DNA from: a virus
Virus record (IMG/VR): IMGVR_UViG_3300010375_000019
Span: 4,333 to 68,332 of that record
Direction: 5' to 3' (one strand)
Length of the DNA stretch: 64,000 nucleotides
The translations under genes were made by a program, and so were the position numbers. The notes beneath the pieces were generated by a model. It was not told where the DNA came from. It searched no databases and worked only from the letters and a program-made list of their open reading frames with translations. Below are positions 9,425 through 18,694 of the stretch, piece after piece (positions within the stretch are counted from its first letter, which is position 1; every line of letters begins with the position of its first letter).

Positions 9425-10276
9425 TTATTTCTCTGGTTCCCTTTCGAATCGTTCCATGTTTTTGAACACCGATGGAGGGGCGACAACACCCTGAACGCCG
9501 TTCTTTGGCGGCCTGTAAGGTTTCCCTTTGTTCATTTCCGCCTTTTCAAGATAACCAATAAATTTTCCACTGAGCAATGTTTCAGGATCGAAATATTCGA
9601 ACGTGCTTGTCCCGAACCATTCCTTGGCCTTGTACTCGAAGGCGAAACTGCACGCCGCCAAAAAATCACGCCCAGGCCAATGTGAATTGAATTTCTTGAG
9701 GCATCTGGCAACTGCTTTTTTCCTATCCTCGGTGATTTTGTATTCACGAAGTTTTTGGTTAAGGTATTTCTCGCGTATGCCTTTTATGATTCCCAAAACA
9801 AACTCGGTTTTGTCTTTCGTCATTTCTTTTGAAATGACAGTAGTATTATTTGTAGTATCCTTATCAGGTATTGTAGTAGTATTATTTGTCGGATTTTTTT
9901 CCGAACCAAACTCGGAAATTTCTCCGACTTGGCTCGGATTTTTTTCCACGTTGTCGGATTTTTTTCCGAGTTTGCCCCATTCCTTGGCTTTGTCTGTAAG
10001 TTGAATAAAATCCTTCTTTCCGACCTTCATCAGCACTATTAATCCTGCTTGTTCAAGTTGCTTATAATACCTGTACATCGTGTCTATTTTATCGGTCAAT
10101 AACGGGAGTTCCTCAATTGCTTTATTTCTTGAGGCGAAGAAGAATGTTTCATTGTTGATTATTACTTTCTCAGCCCAACTTGGCAAAGAATAAATCCATT
10201 CAAAAAGATATGCTTGTTGGATTGACAATTGCCATCTTTTTGCTGTTACGTTATCGATCGATGAAGTGAACCTCAT
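9425..10276 (-). CDS. Phage replication initiator (winged-helix N-terminus)
   Basis: wHTH-like N-terminus, low-complexity linker, C-terminal W.GT..EY.DPETL...KF..YLE motif; directly upstream of dnaB. Confidence 0.7.
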   Translation of the reverse strand: MRFTSSIDNVTAKRWQLSIQQAYLFEWIYSLPSWAEKVIINNETFFFASRNKAIEELPLLTDKIDTMYRYYKQLEQAGLIVLMKVGKKDFIQLTDKAKEWGKLGKKSDNVEKNPSQVGEISEFGSEKNPTNNTTTIPDKDTTNNTTVISKEMTKDKTEFVLGIIKGIREKYLNQKLREYKITEDRKKAVARCLKKFNSHWPGRDFLAACSFAFEYKAKEWFGTSTFEYFDPETLLSGKFIGYLEKAEMNKGKPYRPPKNGVQGVVAPPSVFKNMERFEREPEK

Positions 10277-10300
10277 TCAAATACCAATTCTTTTTAAAAA

Positions 10301-10768
10301 TTAAAATCCTTGATAAACTGAATGGTCTTCTTCATTCAGATCAAACCATTCGCCACGAACTCTTTTGTGTTTAAAAATTTTGTGCAATTCTTTTTCTATA
10401 GAACTTTCGCAATGTGGACTGACAAAAAATAACTCAATGGAAGATTTGTCTGAGATAAGTGTTTTTTCACGTTGTTGTGGTTTAAAACTACGACCTATTT
10501 TTGTATGTCCTGTGGACTTGTCGTACATCAAATAAACGTGAGTAAAATGAGTGGATTGAAACTTTTTTATTGGTTCACCATGGAAAGCAGCCATTTCATC
10601 ACGATAGCCTTGTAATTTTGCCACCAACCAATCAAGATCAGATACAACATCTTCAAAATCAGAATGATGTATCCCTACAATTTTACTGTACTCAAATACC
10701 AGATCAAGTCTTAAAACAGATGTTTTCTCAATGTTTCTCCAAATATTTAACGGTCTTTTTGGTTCCAT
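10301..10768 (-). CDS. GIY-YIG nuclease (T5orf172/MUG113-like)
   Basis: VYLM...TKIGRS..P.QRE...EKELH..F...RVRGEWF. Confidence 0.85.
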   Translation of the reverse strand: MEPKRPLNIWRNIEKTSVLRLDLVFEYSKIVGIHHSDFEDVVSDLDWLVAKLQGYRDEMAAFHGEPIKKFQSTHFTHVYLMYDKSTGHTKIGRSFKPQQREKTLISDKSSIELFFVSPHCESSIEKELHKIFKHKRVRGEWFDLNEEDHSVYQGF

Positions 10769-10771
10769 ATA

Positions 10772-11566
10772 TCAATGACTAGTTGAAACAATTTTCCTCT
10801 CCGATCCCACCAAAACAAGGTAACATTCGGCATCGGCACGGACATCGCCTTCGCAATAATCGGTTATTTTTTTAAATGCTTCCTGTTCGACATCGAAGGC
10901 AAGTTCATCGCTTTTTACATCACGGTAAAAAATTTCCGCAACCTTGCTTCCATCCATTTCACCTTTAGGCGAATCGACCCCTAGCGTGTTGCACAAAAGA
11001 TCAAGTGAGCACTTGTACTTGAACTGACCCGCTGCCCATATTTCCATTGTGTCCTTCCATGTGAGTTCCCACGGTTTTTTCGAGCCGATGTTGAGTATCG
11101 CAGGTAATTTGATCCGATTGGCCAGATAGCGCCTTGTCAAAAACGGAGCATCGAAGTCTTTGATGTTGTGCCCGACAAGTGAATAGTTTGGTATTTTATC
11201 CAAGACAACCGCCAATTCACTCAGGACGGTGCTTTCGTTCCTGTTGATGATGGAATGCAGTTTGAGGTTGAGCCCGTCAGCAGTCTCGGAAAGCAGTCCC
11301 ATGGACACGCAGGCAACACGGGAGAATTCTGCATAGAGTGCTGCGTTTTCTTTCCAAATGATGTTTAATTTTTCATCATAGGACATGTTCCTTGTGCAAC
11401 GAATACCAGCTATTTCAACAATCTGTTCTTGGTTCGGTATTTCAACTATTTTGTGACCTAATTTTTTAATGAAAAGATGCTTCGTGCGTTCATCCAACAG
11501 TTCGAAGTCCTTGACCATTGGTACTGTTTCTATATCTAGAAACAAAAGGTTAATGTAGTACTCCAT
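10772..11566 (-). CDS. PolB-like 3'-5' exonuclease (DEDD)
   Basis: FLDIETVP, GHNIKDFDAPFL, SLDLLC..LGV.SPK, YCEGDV. Confidence 0.88.
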   Translation of the reverse strand: MEYYINLLFLDIETVPMVKDFELLDERTKHLFIKKLGHKIVEIPNQEQIVEIAGIRCTRNMSYDEKLNIIWKENAALYAEFSRVACVSMGLLSETADGLNLKLHSIINRNESTVLSELAVVLDKIPNYSLVGHNIKDFDAPFLTRRYLANRIKLPAILNIGSKKPWELTWKDTMEIWAAGQFKYKCSLDLLCNTLGVDSPKGEMDGSKVAEIFYRDVKSDELAFDVEQEAFKKITDYCEGDVRADAECYLVLVGSERKIVSTSH

Positions 11567-12308
11567 TGGAAAGTGTTTTTATTCCGTCAGATATATTTTC
11601 ATGGATACGCTTGGCTTCAACCTCTAGATTTGACAATCTCTTTTTGAAGTTTTCAAGTCCGTCATTGTTCATTATGAACTTTACTGCATCACCCATTTTT
11701 GATGGTTTGTAACCATTCCATTGTGTTGAATGGAGGTCGATCCCTGAAGACTCCTTGAAGTCGTTCATGATTTTTGTGAGTCTATCGTTCTCTTCGTGTA
11801 GACGTTTCAATTCCCACTCCTTGCTTATTTTGGTGGATTCCTTTTGCTTTTCAATTTCGTCTTTTATAGAATCACGATGGACAAATTCAGTTTTATCTAC
11901 TGCTCGCTTCAACATCGAGCACATGAAATGCCTGCTGACCTGTTTTGGTTCTAATTTTGGCGCTTCCTTTTTAACAAATACTTTTTCGTTTTTGATTGTC
12001 ATCCATCCCCATGAAATTGGGATTTCTTCAATCTTGGCCACGTTGTCGTCAGAAGTTAGTAACCAGAAATAATCGCAGTACTGGAAAATATTTTCGGCCT
12101 TCTGTGGTTTTTTGAGTTCCGACAGCCAGTCGCTCCTGAAACTTTTCAGTTCTATTCCATTGATCGCCAGGCCACGCGATGGCCAAAGATTGACAGCGAT
12201 AAAATCAGCCGATCTGGAACGATGAAAGCCGGCTGCATCACTGACTTCTTGCATCAAAGCATATTCGTTTGGCGGAAAGCGTTTTTGTAAAATTTCCCAG
12301 GTATTCAT
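11550..12308 (-). CDS. MmcB-like PD-(D/E)XK nuclease
   Basis: EV...RSADFIAVNLWPS...GIELKSFRSDWLSELK.PQK...CDYFW. Confidence 0.75.
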   Translation of the reverse strand: MNTWEILQKRFPPNEYALMQEVSDAAGFHRSRSADFIAVNLWPSRGLAINGIELKSFRSDWLSELKKPQKAENIFQYCDYFWLLTSDDNVAKIEEIPISWGWMTIKNEKVFVKKEAPKLEPKQVSRHFMCSMLKRAVDKTEFVHRDSIKDEIEKQKESTKISKEWELKRLHEENDRLTKIMNDFKESSGIDLHSTQWNGYKPSKMGDAVKFIMNNDGLENFKKRLSNLEVEAKRIHENISDGIKTLSNGVLH

Positions 12309-12490
12309 AATGAGATTTCTATTTCCTCACGTGTCTGTTCGTACCAATTTATATCGTACTGAACCTTTTCCTGAAACTCATCTATGCTTTTCAGGTCGGA
12401 TTCATTATCATGCCTCAACTGCCAATAAAGCCTTCTCAATACCCTGTCGCAGGCACGTATCCTTCGCTGCTGATAACTCAGGCGGCTCAT
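12305..12490 (-). CDS. Hypothetical protein
   Basis: Translationally coupled ORF. Confidence 0.5.
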   Translation of the reverse strand: MSRLSYQQRRIRACDRVLRRLYWQLRHDNESDLKSIDEFQEKVQYDINWYEQTREEIEISL

Positions 12491-12693
12491 TCAGGACTGC
12501 CAGTATCTGTTGGATCATCGACATCTTCCAGTTGACGCATTGCCTTGAAAAGCAGATCACCTGCTTTCTTGTGGACTTCGGCAAAATGCTTTTCGTCTTT
12601 TATCTTATGCGCGAGGAACATCTGTTCCACGTAGTTTGCCGCAGCGTCTATTTTTTCATAGACTGTTTTAGGGTCGTTCATTTCTATACTCAT
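12487..12693 (-). CDS. Hypothetical protein
   Basis: Translationally coupled ORF. Confidence 0.5.
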   Translation of the reverse strand: MSIEMNDPKTVYEKIDAAANYVEQMFLAHKIKDEKHFAEVHKKAGDLLFKAMRQLEDVDDPTDTGSPE

Positions 12694-12956
12694 ACGAATT
12701 CAAGTTCAAAATTCATTCCTTCCTCCTTGTGGATGGCCTCGACAATGTCGAAGATCAAATCGTTGTAGTCAATGGTCAAATCCTTCTGTATGTCGAAGAC
12801 ATGGATTATTTTCTGTTTGTCGAACCAATGCTCGAAGACGGCATAACCCACTCTCACTTCATGCTTTTGTTCGTTGGCATCGAATGCTATCGCGGTGATC
12901 GCTTTTTCCGTGGGCGATGAAAGTATTTCCTTTCCTATTTCCTCTACGATGGTCAT
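12690..12956 (-). CDS. Hypothetical protein
   Basis: Start reassigned to ATG 12956 (ATGA overlap). Confidence 0.5.
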   Translation of the reverse strand: MTIVEEIGKEILSSPTEKAITAIAFDANEQKHEVRVGYAVFEHWFDKQKIIHVFDIQKDLTIDYNDLIFDIVEAIHKEEGMNFELEFV

Positions 12957-13129
12957 TTGCAGATTGCTTTTATCCTGTTCTTTGGTTTGTCCAGTCCTAA
13001 TACTTCGTTCAAGCGGTCGCCTGAATACCATTCGTTCGAAATGAACCTTTTCTTTTGCGGTTCCCCATAGACTAGTATGTGGACTCCCTTGACGGTAGGG
13101 ACAAAAAGTTTGTTGTCGATATGGTTCAT
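12953..13129 (-). CDS. Hypothetical 58-aa protein (not in ORF track)
   Basis: MNHIDNKLFVPTVKGVHILVYGEPQKKRF...; fills the gap, with ATGA overlaps on both sides. Confidence 0.5.
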   Translation of the reverse strand: MNHIDNKLFVPTVKGVHILVYGEPQKKRFISNEWYSGDRLNEVLGLDKPKNRIKAICK

Positions 13130-13545
13130 TTTACTGTCAATGATGACTCAGGAGCAAATCCATAATGATACCCAAGTATTCCTTTTGCAAGTAACAATCC
13201 CTCTACAGCAAGCCAGTCAACAAATGGTCTGTCAGATATTTTTTTGTCTGTCAACAAAGGACATCCCAGTGCGGCATCATCGATGTAAAGATTGGCATAG
13301 CATTTATTGCTCGAAGTCCATAACGATTGTTCTGGATTGTACTGTATGCCGTGGAGTTTTATTTCGTTGCGCAGAAACCATTGAACGGCAGCCTCAAGAT
13401 GTACTCTGTCGCGCATGGTGTAAAGTATCAATAGATGACCTTCTTTCACCAGTCTTTTAAGTACAGGGGCAGCACCTATGTCCTTGCCTTCATTGGGGAA
13501 TTCATGGGTGACGCACGTGCCGTCAAAATCAATTGCTATGAGCAT
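13126..13545 (-). CDS. HAD-superfamily phosphatase-like protein
   Basis: IAIDFDGT motif I, LILYTMR, YIDD. Confidence 0.85.
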   Translation of the reverse strand: MLIAIDFDGTCVTHEFPNEGKDIGAAPVLKRLVKEGHLLILYTMRDRVHLEAAVQWFLRNEIKLHGIQYNPEQSLWTSSNKCYANLYIDDAALGCPLLTDKKISDRPFVDWLAVEGLLLAKGILGYHYGFAPESSLTVK

Positions 13546-14014
13546 AGGGAATGAGTTTTGGTTTATGGTCTTTGATGTACACCATAGCACGTGGATGCCA
13601 AGGTGTACCGTTTGCGTTCTTGCCGAAGCATTTCCCATTGGGAAAGTTTTCAACTACCTGCTTAGCGCGCCATTCGATGTTCTTGAATGTGCCCCAGCAG
13701 AATATTATCTCTTGAACGGAATAGGCTGTTATTTTAAGCCATGCAAGGTCTGATTCAAATGAGTAAAATGACTTCTCGAAAAGTTCTTTTGGCTTAGGCG
13801 TGATGTATGTCCATAGGTTGCACATCTTGAATCCACCGAATCCGAGTTCGCCAAGTTTTTTGATTAGCAAGTGGATGGTGGCATCGTCTTTAGAATCATC
13901 ACCCTTGCTTGGATTCAATCCAATACACATCGCCAAAGGTTTGTTTTCGTCCCACACCCTTGTGAGCACGAACCTTCTTTTTTTGTCGTCTGAAAACTCT
14001 GCGTGTCGGATCAT
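13529..14014 (-). CDS. DUF1643 family protein
   Basis: RFVLTRVW, IGLNPS..D...DD.TI, FCWG, G.PWHP. Confidence 0.85.
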   Translation of the reverse strand: MIRHAEFSDDKKRRFVLTRVWDENKPLAMCIGLNPSKGDDSKDDATIHLLIKKLGELGFGGFKMCNLWTYITPKPKELFEKSFYSFESDLAWLKITAYSVQEIIFCWGTFKNIEWRAKQVVENFPNGKCFGKNANGTPWHPRAMVYIKDHKPKLIPYAHSN

Positions 14015-14475
14015 ACGAACTTGATAAGTTTTTTCTGTTCCTCTTTGAGAAAACCGATGCCTTGTTTGCCTTTGAAGAGGAAAGGTTTGATTCTCCTTAC
14101 ATCAGTGAAATGGAGTCCCCACAAAGTGTAAGGCTGGATGTCATTGTTCTCATCGATGTCGAAGTCTATGTAGGCGAGACTTTTTTCCTCTTGCGTGAGT
14201 TTCTTGACTTGCGTCAGTTCACCGAGTGCCAATGCGTGGCCCGTCAACGTACTTGTCTCCTCGCGCGAAATGATATTCCTTGCCTTTTGGTGCCATTGCC
14301 CAGACAATCGCCTGAACTCCTCTACGGTATATTCCTTTTTGGTGGAGTAAATCAGATAAGTCCCCAATGGGAAAGGTGGCTTCTTTCCGTTCTCCACCCA
14401 TCTACTTTCTATTTTTCCGTGGAGCATCAATGAGGCGTATGGTTGGTAAAGACCAAGTGTGCGTATCAAATTCAT
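14011..14475 (-). CDS. ASCH/PUA-like domain protein
   Basis: LGLYQPYASL...GK.IESRW and KGKQG ends. Confidence 0.7.
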   Translation of the reverse strand: MNLIRTLGLYQPYASLMLHGKIESRWVENGKKPPFPLGTYLIYSTKKEYTVEEFRRLSGQWHQKARNIISREETSTLTGHALALGELTQVKKLTQEEKSLAYIDFDIDENNDIQPYTLWGLHFTDVRRIKPFLFKGKQGIGFLKEEQKKLIKFV

Positions 14476-14792
14476 TTTTTTCTATTTTTATATTTCTGCA
14501 TCTGCGCAGGAAAAAAAGCACCTAAAACTTTCCAACAAGAATTATAAAATTCTTTCTCATCACAAGGGATGGCATATCCATAAGGCATGTAATTGCTATA
14601 AAAAGTAGTTTGTGAAATGAGATAAATACCAATTGAATTTGATCTTCCTCTTCTTGTTTCACTTCCAGATGACTCAAGGCATTGCAAGACATTGAAATCA
14701 GAAACGGAGACACGGAAGAACCTTATGCCATGATATTGCTGATGCCTAGGAGCAATTTTGAAGTACTGATATTGAATTGAAAAATTACTCAT
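14472..14792 (-). CDS. Hypothetical protein
   Basis: Coupled ORF. Confidence 0.5.
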   Translation of the reverse strand: MSNFSIQYQYFKIAPRHQQYHGIRFFRVSVSDFNVLQCLESSGSETRRGRSNSIGIYLISQTTFYSNYMPYGYAIPCDEKEFYNSCWKVLGAFFPAQMQKYKNRKK

Positions 14793-14806
14793 GTCAATAA
14801 TTTTTA

Positions 14807-15136
14807 AAAACTAAAGGAGCGCCTTTCAAAGACCTACGATGGTTCTCTAGCGCACGCTTTGGCTATCTTTCAGCATCGACCACACAGCCCGCAAACTTCT
14901 TTTTCAATTGGAGAGTGTTTTTACCACTATCCTCCATAGACTTTTTACGACCGAGTTTTAACGTTACCATCCCGAAACTGTCAGAGTGAGAAAGTGTCCA
15001 GGTTCTTCGCCTGTAACTTATCATCCTCAATTTTCTAGCCTCTCGTTCGCGCCTACCTAAATGTGTATTCATTAGAATTGCAAGTCTGCCGCGTTATCTC
15101 AATTGCTTACTTTTGATGCGCGACTCCCTTAGTTTT
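14807..15136 (-). ncRNA. Candidate ~330-nt structured RNA closed by a terminal helix
   Basis: Minus-strand 5' AAAACTAAGGGAGtCGC pairs with 3' GCGCTCCTTTAGTTTT; fills the intergenic gap. Confidence 0.45.
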
Positions 15137-15338
15137 ATTTTTTTATAGTGTTCAACTTCAACGGTAACTGCTTCATCCTTTTTTCCTCCTCGCGTATTTT
15201 TTCAAGACCTTCGTTTATCTTCCGCCTGAGCCATGCCGCCTTCCTTCTCCAAATTTTCAACTGGGCTGGGCTTTGATGAACCTTGTCGTCCAGTTTTGAT
15301 TTTATGCGCTGCAGTTCTTCAACCAAGTTCATAGGCAT
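15135..15338 (-). CDS. Small basic protein, first gene after the leader
   Basis: 67 aa, ATG right after the hairpin U-tract. Confidence 0.5.
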   Translation of the reverse strand: MPMNLVEELQRIKSKLDDKVHQSPAQLKIWRRKAAWLRRKINEGLEKIREEEKRMKQLPLKLNTIKK

Positions 15339-15472
15339 AAAAAAACATCGAACCCGATAAATCCAAGGAGGTTGACGGAGTCACTCGCCAAGCCATCCCC
15401 AAAAGTATCGGGTTCGATGGTATAAATGTCTTGGATTTTGGTGACTCTATCAAAACCATGTACCAAACGTAG
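15339..15472 (-). promoter_or_regulatory. Promoter plus structured leader/attenuator
   Basis: TACGTTTG (-7-type) at about 15464-15471; perfect 14-bp inverted repeat 15346-15359/15406-15419 followed by T7; loop elements complementary to the leader 5' end. Confidence 0.6.
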
Positions 15473-15607
15473 AACAAATTCTACACTTTCAAAATTATTT
15501 TGTCAACATTTTATCCACACGACTCTGATTTAGTGTGTATCTTATTGTATTTCAAATGATAAATTCCCAATTTTGAGTCCTAATATTTTTTACTTAAAAC
15601 AAAAAAC

Positions 15608-15796
15608 ATGACACAGGAACACATCGATGAACTGGAAGCACGCAAACTGGCCGAGGCTTTCAGGGATGCCAAAGTACTTGAAAGACTTGAGGCATTGGAA
15701 GCCAAAATTGGGTTGGCCAAGGAAACGCCTACAGAAAAGTTAGATCCACAAGACGAAACCAAGGCACCTTCTGCCAACGAACCCGAAGGCAATTAA
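15608..15796 (+). CDS. Small acidic protein
   Basis: 62 aa, A-rich leader, followed by a terminator. Confidence 0.55.
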   Translation: MTQEHIDELEARKLAEAFRDAKVLERLEALEAKIGLAKETPTEKLDPQDETKAPSANEPEGN

Positions 15797-15799
15797 ACA

Positions 15800-15833
15800 A
15801 AAAGGATGCAACCACTACGGAGCATCCTTTTTT
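15800..15833. terminator. Bidirectional terminator
   Basis: aaaaggatgc...gcatcctttttt between convergent genes. Confidence 0.7.
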
Positions 15834-15848
15834 ATTTATATCGTATTA

Positions 15849-16268
15849 TTAATTGGCGTGACCTGCTGGCACACCTGCACTTCCTATCCATCCATGCCAT
15901 TGGCAATGTCCTGCATTAATTAAAATTGAAGGAGATAATTGTAAATCGTTCAATCCAGTTCCGCCAATTATATCCCATTTTGCGGGTTGTCCTTCACTGT
16001 TTCTTGATACACATTCATCAGATACATTCCTGTTTTCAAATGAAATGCAAATACTGTGTGTACCGATTGGGCCATTATTGTTTTTGAAACACAAAGGACA
16101 TAAGAACATTATCCCTTGCGCCTCAGACAATAACTCAGTTGGAATCAATACCCAAGTTTCAAATCCGCCATACTGATAACTGCCATCAGGCATCAGTCGG
16201 CCATGACCTGATCCTGCTATTCTTTTTTCATAGCGAATGAAATAGGCTTCTAATTCTTTAAGAGTCAT
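15849..16268 (-). CDS. DUF6527-like Cys/His protein
   Basis: FLCPLC...W...LQLSPSI....CQWHGWI. Confidence 0.6.
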   Translation of the reverse strand: MTLKELEAYFIRYEKRIAGSGHGRLMPDGSYQYGGFETWVLIPTELLSEAQGIMFLCPLCFKNNNGPIGTHSICISFENRNVSDECVSRNSEGQPAKWDIIGGTGLNDLQLSPSILINAGHCQWHGWIGSAGVPAGHAN

Positions 16269-16272
16269 ATTA

Positions 16273-18693
16273 TCACGCCCTCACTTGAACCTTGCTTCCC
16301 TCTTTTTTCGACTGCGCCAAGATATTCGCCTTGGTCAAGTCCCCTTTCACTTTCATCTCCGTCTGCAACAGTGCAAGGTATGTCTGGTTTTCCTCTGCGG
16401 TCAGTTCCATCCCTTTGGTAAGTTTTGCCAGCATCATGTCGATCACACCTTTTTCCCTAATTACTGCTATCTCGGATTCAGTGTCGATGTTCTTTTTCTC
16501 TTTGTACGATTGCAAATCCAAAAACATGCTTTTCTGTTTCTCCTGCTCGAGTGCAACCGCGGTCTGGGTGTTGCCTTGTGCCTGCGCGTTCATCTTCTCT
16601 ATTTCCATCTGCTGCAACTCAGCCTCGCGTTGTCTTCTCTTTTGGGCGAGCAGTTGGTATGCCCTCCAAATGTTCTTTTCGTTCTCGATCAGGAACGCGT
16701 CCTCAGGCAATAATACCCCTCCGTTGGTCTTCAACGAAGCCACCACATAATCGTGCAGGTTGGCCCTCATCTCCTCGGTGATACCTGCGTCTATACTGAT
16801 GGCAAGATCCATCAACGCAAGACGTTTGGTATCGATAAAGAACGCATGTGAATCGCTCCCCAATGCCAATTCCTTGCCCTTGCTGCGTCCCATCATTTCG
16901 GCATCTGGCACCAATAAAGCCACACGTCTAGCGGTGTTCTCATAAATATTTATGAACCCGTGGTACATGTCGCCAAGGGCATTATCACTGTTGGCAACCG
17001 CTGTCTCGGCAACGAACTTACCTGTCTTTGTAGGCGGCAGGCTGCTGTCTGTGACTTCGTTCAATCCGATGATCCCGCGCATGATGTCTATGTCACGGAT
17101 GATGAAGTCAAGATGCTGAACTGCCGCCTCAGAGATACCGCCCTTGATGTTCTCCAATGGCTTATAAGGATAAGGCCTTCCGTTCGGGTCTGTTCCCACG
17201 TACACGAACGAACCTGTCTCCGCGTACATCTGGAGCAAATCCTGCATCTTGAACTTCTTATTGCCTATCTCCACCATACCTAAGGCGCGTCTTTCGATCG
17301 CTAGTCCATCGGGTTTTGATTTGGCGATGTGGTGCTGGTATTGCAGCCAGTTCACCTGTATGTTGTCCAGCAAAGGCTCGCACTGCCTCATGATGCTGTC
17401 GAAGTCCATGGTGTACATGGTGGAACTCAGCATGCAGTCGTTGATGCTGCCAACGGCACGGATCATGTTGGACTTGCGTCCGTAGTTGAAAATGTAGTCC
17501 GTGTCGCAGATCCACTCAGCCCCGTACACGTTATTGACGGTATCACGGATGATGGTCCTTTCCTCTCCTTTGGTGGCATAGAAAGTCTGGTATTCGGCAT
17601 CGGTCAGACCTTTTTTGTTGAGCCATTGCGGGTTGTCACGTTTCTGGAAGGTGGTGTTCCCTTTGCTGTTCTTGGTCTTCACGTAGGCGATGTCGTCCGC
17701 TGAATACCATTCAGCATCCAGTATCGTAACTTTTTCGTGGTCCCAAGGGTAGCGGTTCCAAGTAAGGAAATAACTCTGTGCCCCGATTGCGGTGTAATCG
17801 CGTCCGCTGGTCTTCGAGGCGATCTTTGCCAGGTCCTCATCGGTGAAAGTACCTGCCGGCACGCTGGCCCTCAATTCCGACAAAGTAACCTGACGGTAAT
17901 CCCCTATCCTGTTTAGGTCGGAAAAATCGTTGTTGATGCAGCTGTTGCAGATCGTCTGTTCCGGAATCCTGCGCCTGATGCGTATGCGTCCGATCTGGTC
18001 TATGAAAATCTTTGTTGAGGCGATACCAACTTCTATCAGGTCATCAAGAATCTGGTCCTCCAACTGCTTCCAGTCGCTCTGCAAAAAGGCCATGTCCACC
18101 TGGTCCTGCATGTACATAACGTATTTGTTCTTGGGGTACATGTCCTGGTACATCTTGATCTGGTCGGTATTCTCAGGCGTTGGTTGCCCTTTTTCGAAAG
18201 GCACCTGCGGTTTGTAGCCATGCACGTTCTTGGCCACGCTTTCGTGGAAGTCCCTGTTCACGAGCCATTCGGTGATCGTTGCGCGTTGGTCCTCGATCTC
18301 CTTCGCAGAGGTCTGGTCGATCGCCGAAATAACAATCTCACGGGGGATCTTCTTCAGGCGGTTCTTGATGACCTTCTTGAAACGAGGGAAAACGGCAAGT
18401 ATATTCCAGTCAAGGTTGCGCCAGCTCATGTCCTTCTTGCCGTGGCGCTTGCGTGTCCCTAGCAAATCCTTGTACTGATCGATCGGCTGTTTGCCACGTG
18501 CGTACATGCGCCATTCCTGATATTGTTGATACGCCCAGCGGAGTATCTGGGAATTGCCCGTGGTGTACTCGCGGTTGAACGCCTTCATGTATTGCAAGCA
18601 CCACTTTTTGTCCTTTTTCTCGGGCGGTACCTGATGTGACGGGTAGCCGAAATTCATAGGTTCCTGCTTGAACGCTTGGTTTTCTGTTGCCAT
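16273..18693 (-). CDS. Portal protein (crAss-like)
   Basis: 806 aa immediately downstream of TerL; YARGKQ..DQYKD, IIGLNEVTD, coiled-coil C-terminus. Confidence 0.85.
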   Translation of the reverse strand: MATENQAFKQEPMNFGYPSHQVPPEKKDKKWCLQYMKAFNREYTTGNSQILRWAYQQYQEWRMYARGKQPIDQYKDLLGTRKRHGKKDMSWRNLDWNILAVFPRFKKVIKNRLKKIPREIVISAIDQTSAKEIEDQRATITEWLVNRDFHESVAKNVHGYKPQVPFEKGQPTPENTDQIKMYQDMYPKNKYVMYMQDQVDMAFLQSDWKQLEDQILDDLIEVGIASTKIFIDQIGRIRIRRRIPEQTICNSCINNDFSDLNRIGDYRQVTLSELRASVPAGTFTDEDLAKIASKTSGRDYTAIGAQSYFLTWNRYPWDHEKVTILDAEWYSADDIAYVKTKNSKGNTTFQKRDNPQWLNKKGLTDAEYQTFYATKGEERTIIRDTVNNVYGAEWICDTDYIFNYGRKSNMIRAVGSINDCMLSSTMYTMDFDSIMRQCEPLLDNIQVNWLQYQHHIAKSKPDGLAIERRALGMVEIGNKKFKMQDLLQMYAETGSFVYVGTDPNGRPYPYKPLENIKGGISEAAVQHLDFIIRDIDIMRGIIGLNEVTDSSLPPTKTGKFVAETAVANSDNALGDMYHGFINIYENTARRVALLVPDAEMMGRSKGKELALGSDSHAFFIDTKRLALMDLAISIDAGITEEMRANLHDYVVASLKTNGGVLLPEDAFLIENEKNIWRAYQLLAQKRRQREAELQQMEIEKMNAQAQGNTQTAVALEQEKQKSMFLDLQSYKEKKNIDTESEIAVIREKGVIDMMLAKLTKGMELTAEENQTYLALLQTEMKVKGDLTKANILAQSKKEGSKVQVRA

Positions 18694-18694
18694 T

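Noticed and set aside
14863-15072. 69-aa ORF and a tRNA-Cys-like anticodon fragment near 15075-15095
   Set aside because: No coupling or protein motif; no T-arm or acceptor stem for a tRNA
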